Numbered from the stretch's first letter, positions 1 to 6,099 are shown. The stretch is DNA of 7,230 nt from a virus (IMGVR_UViG_2713897075_000011), one strand, 5' to 3'. A program made the numbers and translations. Notes: generated by a model not told the origin, from the letters alone.

Positions 1-138
1 GGTGTAAGTGAACTGCAGTTGCCATGTTTTACGGCAGTGAGAGCAGAGATAGCGCTGATGTCCGGCGGTGCTTTTGCCGTTACGCACCACCCCGTCAGTA
101 GCTGAACAGGAGGGACAGCTGATAGAAACAGAAGCCAC
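1..138 (-). CDS. insA: IS1 InsA, first 46 codons only (GTG start at 138; gene runs off the window)
   Basis: Minus-strand frame from GTG at 138-136 translates [46 protein letters not shown], matching the InsA N-terminus as I recall it. Confidence 0.8.
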   Translation of the reverse strand, partial: MASVSISCPSCSATDGVVRNGKSTAGHQRYLCSHCRKTWQLQFTYT

Positions 139-193
139 TGGAGCACCTCAAAAACACCATCATACACTAAATCAGTAAGTTGGCAGCATCACC
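1..193 (-). mobile_element. IS1, partial copy; its terminal inverted repeat lies at 171-193 and the element continues beyond the window start
   Basis: Reverse complement of 1-193 reads GGTGATGCTGCCAACTTACTGATTTAGTGTATGATGGTGTTTTTGAGGTGCTCCAGTGGCTTCTGTTTCTATCAGCTGTCC..., which I recognise from memory as the IS1 end (terminal inverted repeat GGTGATGCTGCCAACTTACTGAT) followed by the start of insA. Confidence 0.9.
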
Positions 194-871
194 AAAACAG
201 CATAACATAAACGTGGTAATCGTATTTTCAATTTCAGGCTGCAATCGCTTTAACTCCAGCGCCGGACGATGCTGTCGATTACTGGAAGCAACCGCCCCCG
301 CCATCTCTTGCGCCGGATTGTAATCAATTAACCCGCTTTGCACTGCATAACGCATGATGGCCGTGGTGCGCTGTTGAAGGCGGGAAGCCACTTCAAGACG
401 TCCGGATTTCTCCACGGCCTTAATAGGAATTAACAGATCGCGGGTGCCTAGTTCAGCAATGTTGCGAGCACCAATTGCCGGGAAGATATTGTCCTCCAGG
501 CTCTTTTTTACACGATTAGCATGATCTTCCGACCATTTTTGGTTGGTTACGAGCCACTCTCTGGCAACCTTCTCGAAAGTAATAATCTCTTTCGCCTGCT
601 CTTCTTTCACAGCACGCTTATGTTCACGAGGATCGATACCAGCAGCTACCAGCTTTCTGGCCTCTTCCCTTTTCTTCCGCGCATCCGCCAGCGAAACATC
701 CGGGTAAACACCGAACGCCATCAAATGTTGTTTACCGCCAAAACGGAAACGAAATCGCCAATACTTTGAACCGCCAGGTTTTACAAGTAAGGACATGCCG
801 TCGCCGTCAACAAGTGAATACTCTTTCTCCTCAGGTTTCGCAGAGCGAACTTTAGTATCCGTTAGGGCCAT
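194..871 (-). pseudogene. int: P4-family tyrosine integrase, N-terminal ~226 codons only; 3' part replaced by IS1
   Basis: ORF-track frame 167-949 (minus). Likely true start is the ATG at 871-869, preceded by GGAAGGAAG. Translation MALTDTKVRSAKPEEKEYSLVDGDGMSLLVKPGGSKYWRFRFRFGGKQHLMAFGVYPDVSLADARKKREEARK... is the conserved N-terminal arm-binding/SAM-like region of P4-type integrases. The frame runs straight into the IS1 end at 193 (last residues GDAANLLI are IS1-encoded) and stops at 167. No catalytic domain is present; full-length family members are roughly 400+ aa. Confidence 0.85.
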
Positions 872-897
872 AATGGTCTTCCTTCCATTGGTATCTC

Positions 898-949
898 GTG
901 AGTATACAAGCAATATCGAATCGGCAAATATACTCATTAGTATACTCAC
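898..949. repeat. 10-bp perfect inverted repeat GTGAGTATAC (898-907) / GTATACTCAC (940-949), 32-bp spacer, in the int 5' region
   Basis: Seen directly. TATACTCA also occurs as a direct repeat at 929-936 and 941-948. Position just upstream of the int start suggests an operator or recombinase-binding role; function not shown by sequence. Confidence 0.5.
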
Positions 950-1034
950 AAGCCTGTTGATGTGGGTTGAGTCAGGTTGACTTCAGTTGAGGAGAAAAGC
1001 TGGAAAAGCCTTGTGTGGCGCGGATTTCAGGCAT

Positions 1035-1058
1035 AAAAAAAGACCTCAGTTGAGGTCT
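1035..1058 (-). terminator. Candidate intrinsic terminator read on the minus strand (8-bp-arm palindrome AGACCTCA-gt-TGAGGTCT followed by a U run on the minus strand)
   Basis: Plus strand AAAAAAA-AGACCTCAGTTGAGGTCT at 1035-1058; on the minus strand the stem is followed by UUUUUU. It would insulate int from read-through coming from the alpha/crr side. The plus-strand tail (TATTTACAT) is weak. Confidence 0.45.
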
Positions 1059-1071
1059 ATTTACATACTTT

Positions 1072-1091
1072 TGGTGCGAAGGCCGGACTCA
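1072..1091 (-). other. Candidate att core: ~20 bp resembling the 3' end of a tRNA-Leu (leuX-type) gene, tRNA sense on the minus strand
   Basis: Reverse complement of 1072-1094 is TTTGAGTCCGGCCTTCGCACCA, close to the tRNA-Leu 3' end ...TTCGAGTCCGGCCTTCGGCACCA as I recall it (about 21 of 23 positions). No T-arm or D-arm sequence follows upstream, so this is a core copy, not a tRNA gene. P4-type integrases target the 3' end of tRNA-Leu (established). Confidence 0.55.
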
Positions 1092-1145
1092 AATTACAAC
1101 TTAAAATGTTAAATATAAAGAATTTATTTACCACAACTCATTAAA

Positions 1146-1167
1146 GTGCCCCCATTTGTGCCCCCAT
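1146..1167. repeat. Tandem direct repeat GTGCCCCCAT x2 (12-bp register) beside the att core
   Basis: Seen directly: GTGCCCCCAT at 1146-1155 and 1158-1167. Candidate arm-type protein-binding sites. Confidence 0.5.
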
Positions 1168-1234
1168 CATTTTTTAACCCCTTTCAAACGACAACACATT
1201 GATAAGAAAGATTAATAACTTCAAAACATGATCT

Positions 1235-1267
1235 CCGGTTTGGATCCGTGCTACGGATCCAAACCGG
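1235..1267. repeat. Perfect palindrome with 14-bp arms, CCGGTTTGGATCCG-tgcta-CGGATCCAAACCGG
   Basis: Seen directly. Left arm 1235-1248, loop 1249-1253, right arm 1254-1267. Contains two GGATCC motifs. No flanking U run on either strand, so not a typical terminator. Confidence 0.8.
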
Positions 1268-1307
1268 AAGAATGAAGAACCTAAAAAAAACTTTTTTTAC
1301 GGAAAAC

Positions 1308-1398
1308 TGTTCACACTGTTCACTCGCCATTATTTGTCTTTAATTTCAATGCGATATGCAGTGAACAGTCCGTGAACAGTGAACACTTTACTGTTCAC
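1308..1398. repeat. crr-like iteron cluster: six copies of the heptamer TGTTCAC / GTGAACA in both orientations
   Basis: TGTTCAC at 1308-1314, 1317-1323, 1392-1398; GTGAACA at 1361-1367, 1372-1378, 1379-1385. Preceded by an A8-C-T7 tract (1283-1299). Matches the alpha-binding type I iteron (TGTTCACC-like) of P4 ori/crr as I recall it; position just downstream of alpha is where P4 crr lies. Confidence 0.75.
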
Positions 1399-1415
1399 TT
1401 TCCGGGATTTCAGGT

Positions 1416-1440
1416 AAAAAAAGACCGGCTGATGCCGGTC
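1416..1440 (-). terminator. Rho-independent terminator of the primase-helicase gene
   Basis: On the minus strand, 8 nt after the stop at 1449-1451: stem GACCGGC, loop AUCA, stem GCCGGUC, then UUUUUUU (plus strand AAAAAAA-GACCGGC-TGAT-GCCGGTC). Confidence 0.8.
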
Positions 1441-1448
1441 CGGGTAGG

Positions 1449-3782
1449 TTATGTCGCGGTGGTTTCGTCGCACCGGGGCAGCCAGTCGGCGTTGCTTTCC
1501 TCCCTGAGCGCAAGGTTCGTCTGCATCCCCTGATTTGTTCGCCGCCTGGCGTAATTCAGCCCGTACTCTTTCAGCATCGATGACAGCCCTTTGCCGAACA
1601 TGGTCAGGCTGAGAGTGTTCTTGTAGCCGTGCGCCTCCATGTAAACCAGATAGGCGTGATACAGGTACAGGCGCGGCTGTCGCGGGATGATATTCGCATT
1701 CCCCATGTACATACCGTCAGGCTCGGGCAGCGCCTCCAGATAGCCACAAAAATCGAATGTCGGGTCAGCGTCGCGTTTGATGCTGAGTGCCTCGTCGGAG
1801 TTCTGCTGCGACTGGAGCAGTGTTCGCGCGGTCATCGGGTCGCTGAACGTCTGCATAAGCTGGCGCACGATGACGGCCAGCTCCCGGGCGATTTTATCTT
1901 TCAGCGTCGGGTCACGCTCTTCCGGGGCAATCTGTTCCGGGAAGTGCATTATCACCCGGCGACGTGACACCCCGCCGCTGCGGTCGGTGAAGCGCATCGG
2001 ATTGTTGTTTACGGCCAGTATCACCGCCGGAATATGGGTGGAGTACGCATCGCGGTATTTCGGGTCAACGGAGACCGCATCCCCGCCGGTAATGGCCTTG
2101 AGTCCTGCCCCGTCACCGCTCCATTTTTCCTGGTCAGGCAGACGTATCAGCGAGAAGCCAATCAGCGCCGCGCGTTCGCGGGGGGATTCCAGCGTCTCGA
2201 TGGTGGCCGACGTGGCGTTATCTTCTCCGGCGAGCATGGTCGCAATTTCGGCCAGAATACTTTTCCCGCTGCCACCGGGACCGGTCACTTCGAGGAAGAG
2301 CTGCCAGTCATAACGGTTCGCCAGCACCATAAACAGCGCGGCGAGTATCACATCCCGTTTATCGGCGCGCGAACCGGCAGCGCGGTCGAGCCAGCGCCAG
2401 AAATTCGGCGCGTGCGTCTCCAGCGTTTCCCCCGCCACCGGCGGGGTGAAATCCACGTCGCACAGCGTGCGCAGCCAGTGCGTTTTGCTGTGCGGGCTGA
2501 ATATATTGCTTTTGGTATCAAGCACGCCGTTGCGAAAGCCAATCAGCCGCCGTGCCGGGGCGTCCTGCTGCGGAATAATCAGTTTCAGGGTGTCCACCAC
2601 CGAGGCAATTTTCCCCGATGAGAACGGGGCGCGCAGACGCTGGAACAGCCCGGCCACGTCGCGCGCAAAGTCCGACGGCGGAATGATTTTCCATATTCCC
2701 GCCTCATAGCGGGACAGGAGCTGCCCGTTCGCATCCACCGCCAGCGCTTCGCCGTAATGCTCATGCACCCGCATGGCTTTCTCACTGGTGCTCATGGCGG
2801 TAAATTCCGCCTCGCTCATGGTAGAGAAAGGGCTTTCAGCCGGTGGCCGGATGGCGTCATACATGGCTTTACGCATGGCCTCCCCGCCGTGCTGTGTATA
2901 CGCATCATTCCAGTCACCGAACACCGGCGGCAGGGCGACCACGCCCTCGCAGGACTCTGCGGCCGCAGACGCTTTGGTCTGGCCGTCGCCGTTAAGGTCG
3001 CGGTCGGCGGCAATGACAATCCGACAGGCCGGGAATTTGTGACGGGCAAGGCTCGCCAGAGAAAGGAGGTTCACGGAGGACAGCGCCACCATGACGGTTT
3101 CGCCGGTCAGGTGATGCACGGTGAGCGCGGTCGCGTAGCCCTCCGCTATCCACAGCCGTTTTCCCGCCTCTTTTTTCCCGTCGAGAATATGACACGCCCC
3201 TTTCACCTGACCGCCTTTCAGGGTGCGCTTGAGACCGTCCGCGTTAATGAGCTGGACGTTAACCAGTTCGCCGCTATCGTCATACAGCGGGACAACTAAA
3301 TCACCGGCGCGGTACGTCACACCGCCGGTTTTATGCAGGGTGGTGAGCGTCAGACATTCCCGGCCGGGGAAGCCCTTGCGGGTGAGGTAGGCATTGCCGG
3401 TGGCCGGGCGGGCTTTCTCCATCAGTTTTACGGCCAGCGCGGCGGCGGCTTTGCGGTCGGCCTCCGTTTCAGCCTCTGCGGCCACAGTCACCGCCGGGGA
3501 AACCGGCGGCAGGTTGCCGGTCACGGCGTTCACCTTCCCGGCCGCCTCTGACGGGGTCACGCCGAACACTTTCTCAACCAGTTTCAGACCGTCCCCCGCG
3601 CCGCACTGGTTACAGAACCACGTCCCGCGTCCCTCTTTATCGTCAAAGCGAAAGCGGTCGGAGCCGCCACACACCGGACAGGCCTGATGGCGGTTTTTAA
3701 TCACCTTTACACCCAGCGCCGGGAGAATGCGCGGCCAGTGGCCGCACGCCTGTTTGACGGTGTCCGTTACGTTCATTTTCAT
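1449..3782 (-). CDS. P4 alpha-type bifunctional primase-helicase (replication initiator), 777 aa
   Basis: ORF track. N-terminal zinc-binding motif CPVCGGSDRFRFDDKEGRGTWFCNQCG typical of phage primases; central Walker A TGPGGSGKS; same length as P4 alpha (777 aa, from memory) and N-terminus MKMNVT. SD GAGGGAG lies 9 nt upstream of the ATG at 3782. Iteron clusters flank the gene about 5 kb apart. Confidence 0.93.
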   Translation of the reverse strand: MKMNVTDTVKQACGHWPRILPALGVKVIKNRHQACPVCGGSDRFRFDDKEGRGTWFCNQCGAGDGLKLVEKVFGVTPSEAAGKVNAVTGNLPPVSPAVTVAAEAETEADRKAAAALAVKLMEKARPATGNAYLTRKGFPGRECLTLTTLHKTGGVTYRAGDLVVPLYDDSGELVNVQLINADGLKRTLKGGQVKGACHILDGKKEAGKRLWIAEGYATALTVHHLTGETVMVALSSVNLLSLASLARHKFPACRIVIAADRDLNGDGQTKASAAAESCEGVVALPPVFGDWNDAYTQHGGEAMRKAMYDAIRPPAESPFSTMSEAEFTAMSTSEKAMRVHEHYGEALAVDANGQLLSRYEAGIWKIIPPSDFARDVAGLFQRLRAPFSSGKIASVVDTLKLIIPQQDAPARRLIGFRNGVLDTKSNIFSPHSKTHWLRTLCDVDFTPPVAGETLETHAPNFWRWLDRAAGSRADKRDVILAALFMVLANRYDWQLFLEVTGPGGSGKSILAEIATMLAGEDNATSATIETLESPRERAALIGFSLIRLPDQEKWSGDGAGLKAITGGDAVSVDPKYRDAYSTHIPAVILAVNNNPMRFTDRSGGVSRRRVIMHFPEQIAPEERDPTLKDKIARELAVIVRQLMQTFSDPMTARTLLQSQQNSDEALSIKRDADPTFDFCGYLEALPEPDGMYMGNANIIPRQPRLYLYHAYLVYMEAHGYKNTLSLTMFGKGLSSMLKEYGLNYARRRTNQGMQTNLALREESNADWLPRCDETTAT

Positions 3783-3796
3783 TGTTATTTTCTCCC

Positions 3797-4117
3797 TCAG
3801 TGCAGCGCCGGTGCGGTGATATGACGGGCGCAGAGTTCATCCATCACGGTCAGCCCGAGAAAAGACAGCGACGGCGCGGCCTTGAGTGGTCCGGCTTCCA
3901 TTAAATCTTCGAGCAGGGCACAGGCAATCTGACGGCCTTTTTCCTCGCCGTGCTGGCGCAGGTAGAAGCCCTCCAGCTCGGTCGCAATGGCGCTTTCCAG
4001 CGTACTGAGCGTGAGCTGCGGGTAGCGGTGCTGACGTTCGCACAGGGTCAGCCAGGCACAGGCGACCGCCCGGCGATAGAGCGCAGCGCGCAGAACGGGA
4101 GATAATGCGGTTTTCAT
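3797..4117 (-). CDS. Hypothetical protein, 106 aa ([16 protein letters not shown]...), directly upstream of the primase gene
   Basis: Internal start of ORF-track frame 3797-4306. ATG at 4117-4115 is preceded by GGGAGGG and overlaps the stop of the upstream gene as ATGA (translational coupling). The N-terminal extension of the track ORF has no SD. Stop is 12 nt before the primase SD/start region. No family recognised. Confidence 0.6.
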   Translation of the reverse strand: MKTALSPVLRAALYRRAVACAWLTLCERQHRYPQLTLSTLESAIATELEGFYLRQHGEEKGRQIACALLEDLMEAGPLKAAPSLSFLGLTVMDELCARHITAPALH

Positions 4118-4374
4118 ACACTGCCCTCCCCGGTCAGCCAGCGCTGATTGCAGCGGTCGACCACACCATCGAGCCGGGCAGTCATGAGGTAAATCACCGA
4201 GGTGAGCTGTAGCGGCTGCGCCGGATTGTGGCGCAAAGAGGTGCAGTCCTGCACCTGCATCAGGTCGCCGACAAGCTGGCCGACATTGCGAAGATGTTCG
4301 AGACATTCAAGGTCTGCCCGGCTGATGGTGGGCTGGTTTATATTCTGTGGCCGTTCCGTACTGTTAACAGGCAT
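4114..4374 (-). CDS. Hypothetical protein, 86 aa ([28 protein letters not shown]...)
   Basis: ORF-track frame 4114-4419. Preferred start is the ATG at 4374-4372, preceded by AGGAGA with a 7-nt spacer; the upstream ATG at 4419 lacks an SD. The stop overlaps the next start (ATGA). No family recognised. Confidence 0.6.
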   Translation of the reverse strand: MPVNSTERPQNINQPTISRADLECLEHLRNVGQLVGDLMQVQDCTSLRHNPAQPLQLTSVIYLMTARLDGVVDRCNQRWLTGEGSV

Positions 4375-4393
4375 TATTTCGTCTCCTGAGGAC

Positions 4394-4419
4394 GTGCGTA
4401 TCCCTGCGCAGATACGCAC
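4394..4419. promoter_or_regulatory. Inverted repeat GTGCGTATC-N8-GATACGCAC (9-bp arms) in the 70-bp gap between the 149-aa and 86-aa genes
   Basis: Seen directly. On the plus strand it is followed by ATTTTATTTTT (terminator-like for plus-strand or antisense transcripts). On the minus strand it sits just 5' of the SD of the 86-aa gene with no U tail (possible operator or processing/stability hairpin). Confidence 0.45.
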
Positions 4420-4445
4420 ATTTTATTTTTGGGTGTCGTTTTTAA

Positions 4446-4895
4446 TTACAGATAATGGCGGTAGCTGTTATCCGGTTTTATTTCCGTTTCCGGCCTGAAA
4501 TTATTCCGCCATTTATGCGCCACCGGCGCCGGACGTTTAACCGGGGGAATATCATCAGGATAGTTATCGATATTCCGCGCCCGGTATTGCTGTAATGCCG
4601 GGTCGGCCGCTATTTCGCGTAATACGACGTGGCGGTTTTCAGGGTTACGTTTAAATACATCGGGATGCTCACAGGTAAAGTCCCGCAAAAAACGGCCGAG
4701 CGGAATCTCTGCCATGCGGCCACCGGCAATAATACGAATGAGGATGGTGTAGGTGCGCCGGTACGGGTTCCAGACCAGCCCCGGACAGCGGTACGGCATA
4801 TCCCACGGAATACCGTCGGCCAGCACGCCCGACACCACCACGTCAGGAAATCCTGTACAGCGATATATTTCACCCGGCTGAGGGAAATCAAACAT
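4446..4895 (-). CDS. Hypothetical protein, 149 aa ([39 protein letters not shown]...)
   Basis: ORF-track frame 4446-4937. Preferred start ATG at 4895-4893, preceded by GGAGGGGAG; it overlaps the stop of the upstream 99-aa gene (ATGTTTGA). No family recognised. Sits where P4 has orf151 (from memory, by position only). Confidence 0.65.
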   Translation of the reverse strand: MFDFPQPGEIYRCTGFPDVVVSGVLADGIPWDMPYRCPGLVWNPYRRTYTILIRIIAGGRMAEIPLGRFLRDFTCEHPDVFKRNPENRHVVLREIAADPALQQYRARNIDNYPDDIPPVKRPAPVAHKWRNNFRPETEIKPDNSYRHYL

Positions 4896-5187
4896 GGTGC
4901 TCCCCTCCGTTTCCTGACGTCGTGGCGAGAAAGTCACGGCACAGACCTTTGGCTTTTAGCTCTTCCAGGACGTAGCTGACGTCCTCATGGATATAACTAA
5001 AAATCTGCGGCAGGTATAGCTGGTGTAAACCGTTCAGTTCACGGCGCAGCAAATCTCCACCGATGAACTGCGAGACGGCGCTGGCGCGATTGAGTTTATG
5101 GTACGCCTCTATGCTGAGGTGTTCCTGCATGGGGTTAAGGTCATCACGACGCGCTGAGACGGTCTGAGGGGTGTTTTTATTAGGCAT
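4888..5187 (-). CDS. Hypothetical protein, 99 aa ([32 protein letters not shown]...)
   Basis: Internal start of ORF-track frame 4888-5433. ATG at 5187-5185 preceded by GAGGT with a 5-nt spacer; the start overlaps the last codons of the 65-aa gene (ATGCCTAA). The upstream part of the track ORF lies in the non-coding leader. No family recognised. Confidence 0.6.
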   Translation of the reverse strand: MPNKNTPQTVSARRDDLNPMQEHLSIEAYHKLNRASAVSQFIGGDLLRRELNGLHQLYLPQIFSYIHEDVSYVLEELKAKGLCRDFLATTSGNGGEHHV

Positions 5188-5377
5188 GTGATACCTCAAC
5201 AACCGGCAGACGGGCGGCAAGGGAAAGCACGTATTCCCGGACAAGGGTGCGGCGGGCGGCCAGCTCGTCACCGGCCACGGTGCGGAGCATACAGATACGG
5301 GGTTTACGGTCTGCGCGACGGACGGCGGCAAACACAAAGACAAACTGCGGGTGTGACGGGGTGAGGGTCGTAGCCAT
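5180..5377 (-). CDS. Hypothetical small basic protein, 65 aa ([65 protein letters not shown]); first cistron after the leader
   Basis: ATG at 5377-5375 preceded by a strong SD AAGGAGG with an 8-nt spacer. It is the 3' third of ORF-track frame 5180-5779, whose upstream 134 codons are W/C/R-rich, span a terminator and overlap the regulator gene, so only the nested 65-codon gene is called. Sits where P4 has kil (by position only). Confidence 0.55.
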   Translation of the reverse strand: MATTLTPSHPQFVFVFAAVRRADRKPRICMLRTVAGDELAARRTLVREYVLSLAARLPVVEVSHA

Positions 5378-5434
5378 AGGGGCAACCTCCTTGAAGTAGC
5401 GGTTATTGCCACCACCGGAGTTCCTACACTCATG

Positions 5435-5513
5435 GGTGGTAGCCCGGACGGGGGTAGGAATACCGGCCTTCAAGGAAACCGGCCAGCCCGAGGGCTGCCC
5501 CGCCCGGACCACC
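5435..5513 (-). ncRNA. Candidate structured regulatory RNA (~79 nt, GC-rich three-way fold) in the leader; possible P4 CI-like immunity RNA
   Basis: Minus-strand sequence GGUGGUCCGGGCGGGGCAGCCCUCGGGCUGGCCGGUUUCCUUGAAGGCCGGUAUUCCUACCCCCGUCCGGGCUACCACC. The ends pair (GGUGGU/ACCACC and CCGGGCGGGG/CCCCGUCCGG with one G-U), enclosing two hairpins (CAGCC..GGCUG and GGCCGG..GGCCGG). Boxes CCUUGAAGG and UUCCUAC are complementary to motifs found twice nearby. Folding was done by eye only. Confidence 0.35.
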
Positions 5514-5580
5514 ATTATCTGATACAGGCCAGTGTGAAACCACCACAGACCAAAAATAAGGTGTGCCTGAGCAACGACGT

Positions 5581-5603
5581 AAAAAAAGACGCATGGCGCG
5601 TCT
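5581..5603 (-). terminator. Candidate intrinsic terminator in the leader downstream of the AlpA/Vis-like gene
   Basis: On the minus strand: stem AGACGC, loop GCCAU, stem GCGUCU, then UUUUUU (plus strand AAAAAAA-GACGC-ATGGC-GCGTCT). The stem is short (6 bp). Confidence 0.5.
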
Positions 5604-5730
5604 GGTGTCGCCTTGAAGTAACACGGGTTCCTACGCCCGGCTGTCGATTTTGCGACAGCGACAAAACTGTACCAGGAAACACACAACGGATGCAAGCCAG
5701 AAAAAGGGACTTTGTGAGAATGGCTCTGAT

Positions 5731-5997
5731 TCATGCGTCGTATTTCCGGTTGCGGTGCGCGACACGTTCTGCCATCCACGCCGTGATTTCAGACTGTAGC
5801 CAGGCGACATTTTTACCCCCTAGGGAAACCTGCGCCGGGAAAGCATTGCGGGCAATTAAATCGTAGAGCGTGGAACGGGACAGGCCGCACTGATGAATGA
5901 CTTCCGGGAGACGTAAAAAACGTTCCTGAGCCGGGGCTGAAACCGGCATCGGGTGCGTGCCAGTGGAGGAAGATGGTACTGATGAAACTGTGTGCAT
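5731..5997 (-). CDS. alpA: AlpA/Vis-family phage transcriptional regulator / excision accessory protein, 88 aa
   Basis: ORF track. Translation contains the AlpA-type helix-turn-helix [52 protein letters not shown] at 5997 is preceded by GAGGT with a 6-nt spacer. Same size and position as P4 vis (first gene of the leftward late transcript), from memory. Confidence 0.85.
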   Translation of the reverse strand: MHTVSSVPSSSTGTHPMPVSAPAQERFLRLPEVIHQCGLSRSTLYDLIARNAFPAQVSLGGKNVAWLQSEITAWMAERVAHRNRKYDA

Positions 5998-5999
5998 AA

Positions 6000-6056
6000 C
6001 GCTACCTCGTTAATATCCGCAGAGATCCGGACGTGTCCGTCCGGTATCAGGTAGCG
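6000..6056 (-). promoter_or_regulatory. Nested inverted repeats immediately upstream of the AlpA/Vis-like gene and overlapping its SD
   Basis: Outer arms CGCTACCT (6000-6007, includes the complement of the SD) and AGGTAGCG (6049-6056); inner hairpin CCGGACG-tgtc-CGTCCGG (6027-6044). Could sequester the SD in the mRNA or act as an operator. Confidence 0.45.
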
Positions 6057-6099
6057 CTCTATTTTGTGAATATTTTTTCTCAATGCAACAGGGGGAAAT

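Noticed and set aside
521-980. Plus-strand ORFs 521-769 and 795-980 opposite the integrase remnant
   Set aside because: Antisense to a recognisable integrase N-terminal coding region and to its start region; no SD, no recognisable product.
1072-1100. A tRNA-Leu gene
   Set aside because: Only the last ~20 nt of a tRNA (acceptor 3' strand and part of the T arm) are present; the upstream sequence (AGTTGTAATT...) cannot form the rest of the cloverleaf. Interpreted as an att core instead.
1235-1267. Calling the 14-bp-arm palindrome a transcription terminator
   Set aside because: No U or T run follows the stem on either strand.
1308-1398. Possibility that the heptamer repeat clusters (here and at 6277-6378) are a CRISPR array
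   Set aside because: Repeat units are only 7-8 bp, occur in both orientations and are irregularly spaced with no spacer-sized unique segments; the pattern is that of replication iterons.
2348-3195. Minus-strand ORFs in alternative frames inside the primase gene (2348-2542, 2585-2785, 2816-3049, 2992-3195)
   Set aside because: Out-of-frame overlaps with the primase reading frame; arginine/proline-rich junk translations.
1629-3299. Several long plus-strand ORFs (112-195 aa) antisense to the primase-helicase gene (1629-1967, 1777-2313, 2034-2621, 2446-2709, 2757-3299, 2773-3042)
   Set aside because: They lie wholly inside a well-supported 777-aa gene on the other strand, in a GC-rich region where stop-free antisense frames are expected. 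None has a convincing SD and the translations are R/G/C-rich low-complexity.
3837-4306. ORF 3837-4121 (94 aa) and the N-terminal extension of ORF 3797-4306 (to 169 aa)
   Set aside because: The extension lacks an SD and would overlap the 86-aa gene for 190 nt; the internal ATG at 4117 has a strong SD and ATGA coupling. ORF 3837-4121 is an out-of-frame overlap.
4202-4979. ORFs 4202-4498 (plus), 4610-4891 (minus) and 4629-4979 (plus) across the small-gene block
   Set aside because: All overlap the SD-supported minus-strand genes in other frames or on the opposite strand; none has a start context.
5378-5779. Upstream 134 codons of the 199-aa ORF 5180-5779 (minus)
   Set aside because: This part spans the leader terminator and the structured element, overlaps the 3' end of the AlpA/Vis-like gene, and translates to W/C/R-rich sequence. 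Only the nested 65-codon gene with a strong AAGGAGG SD is kept.
5430-5866. ORFs 5432-5866 (plus, 144 aa) and 5430-5624 (minus, 64 aa) in the leader
   Set aside because: They cover the non-coding leader (terminator, structured RNA, repeated boxes) and part of the regulator gene on the opposite strand; no SD; low-complexity translations.
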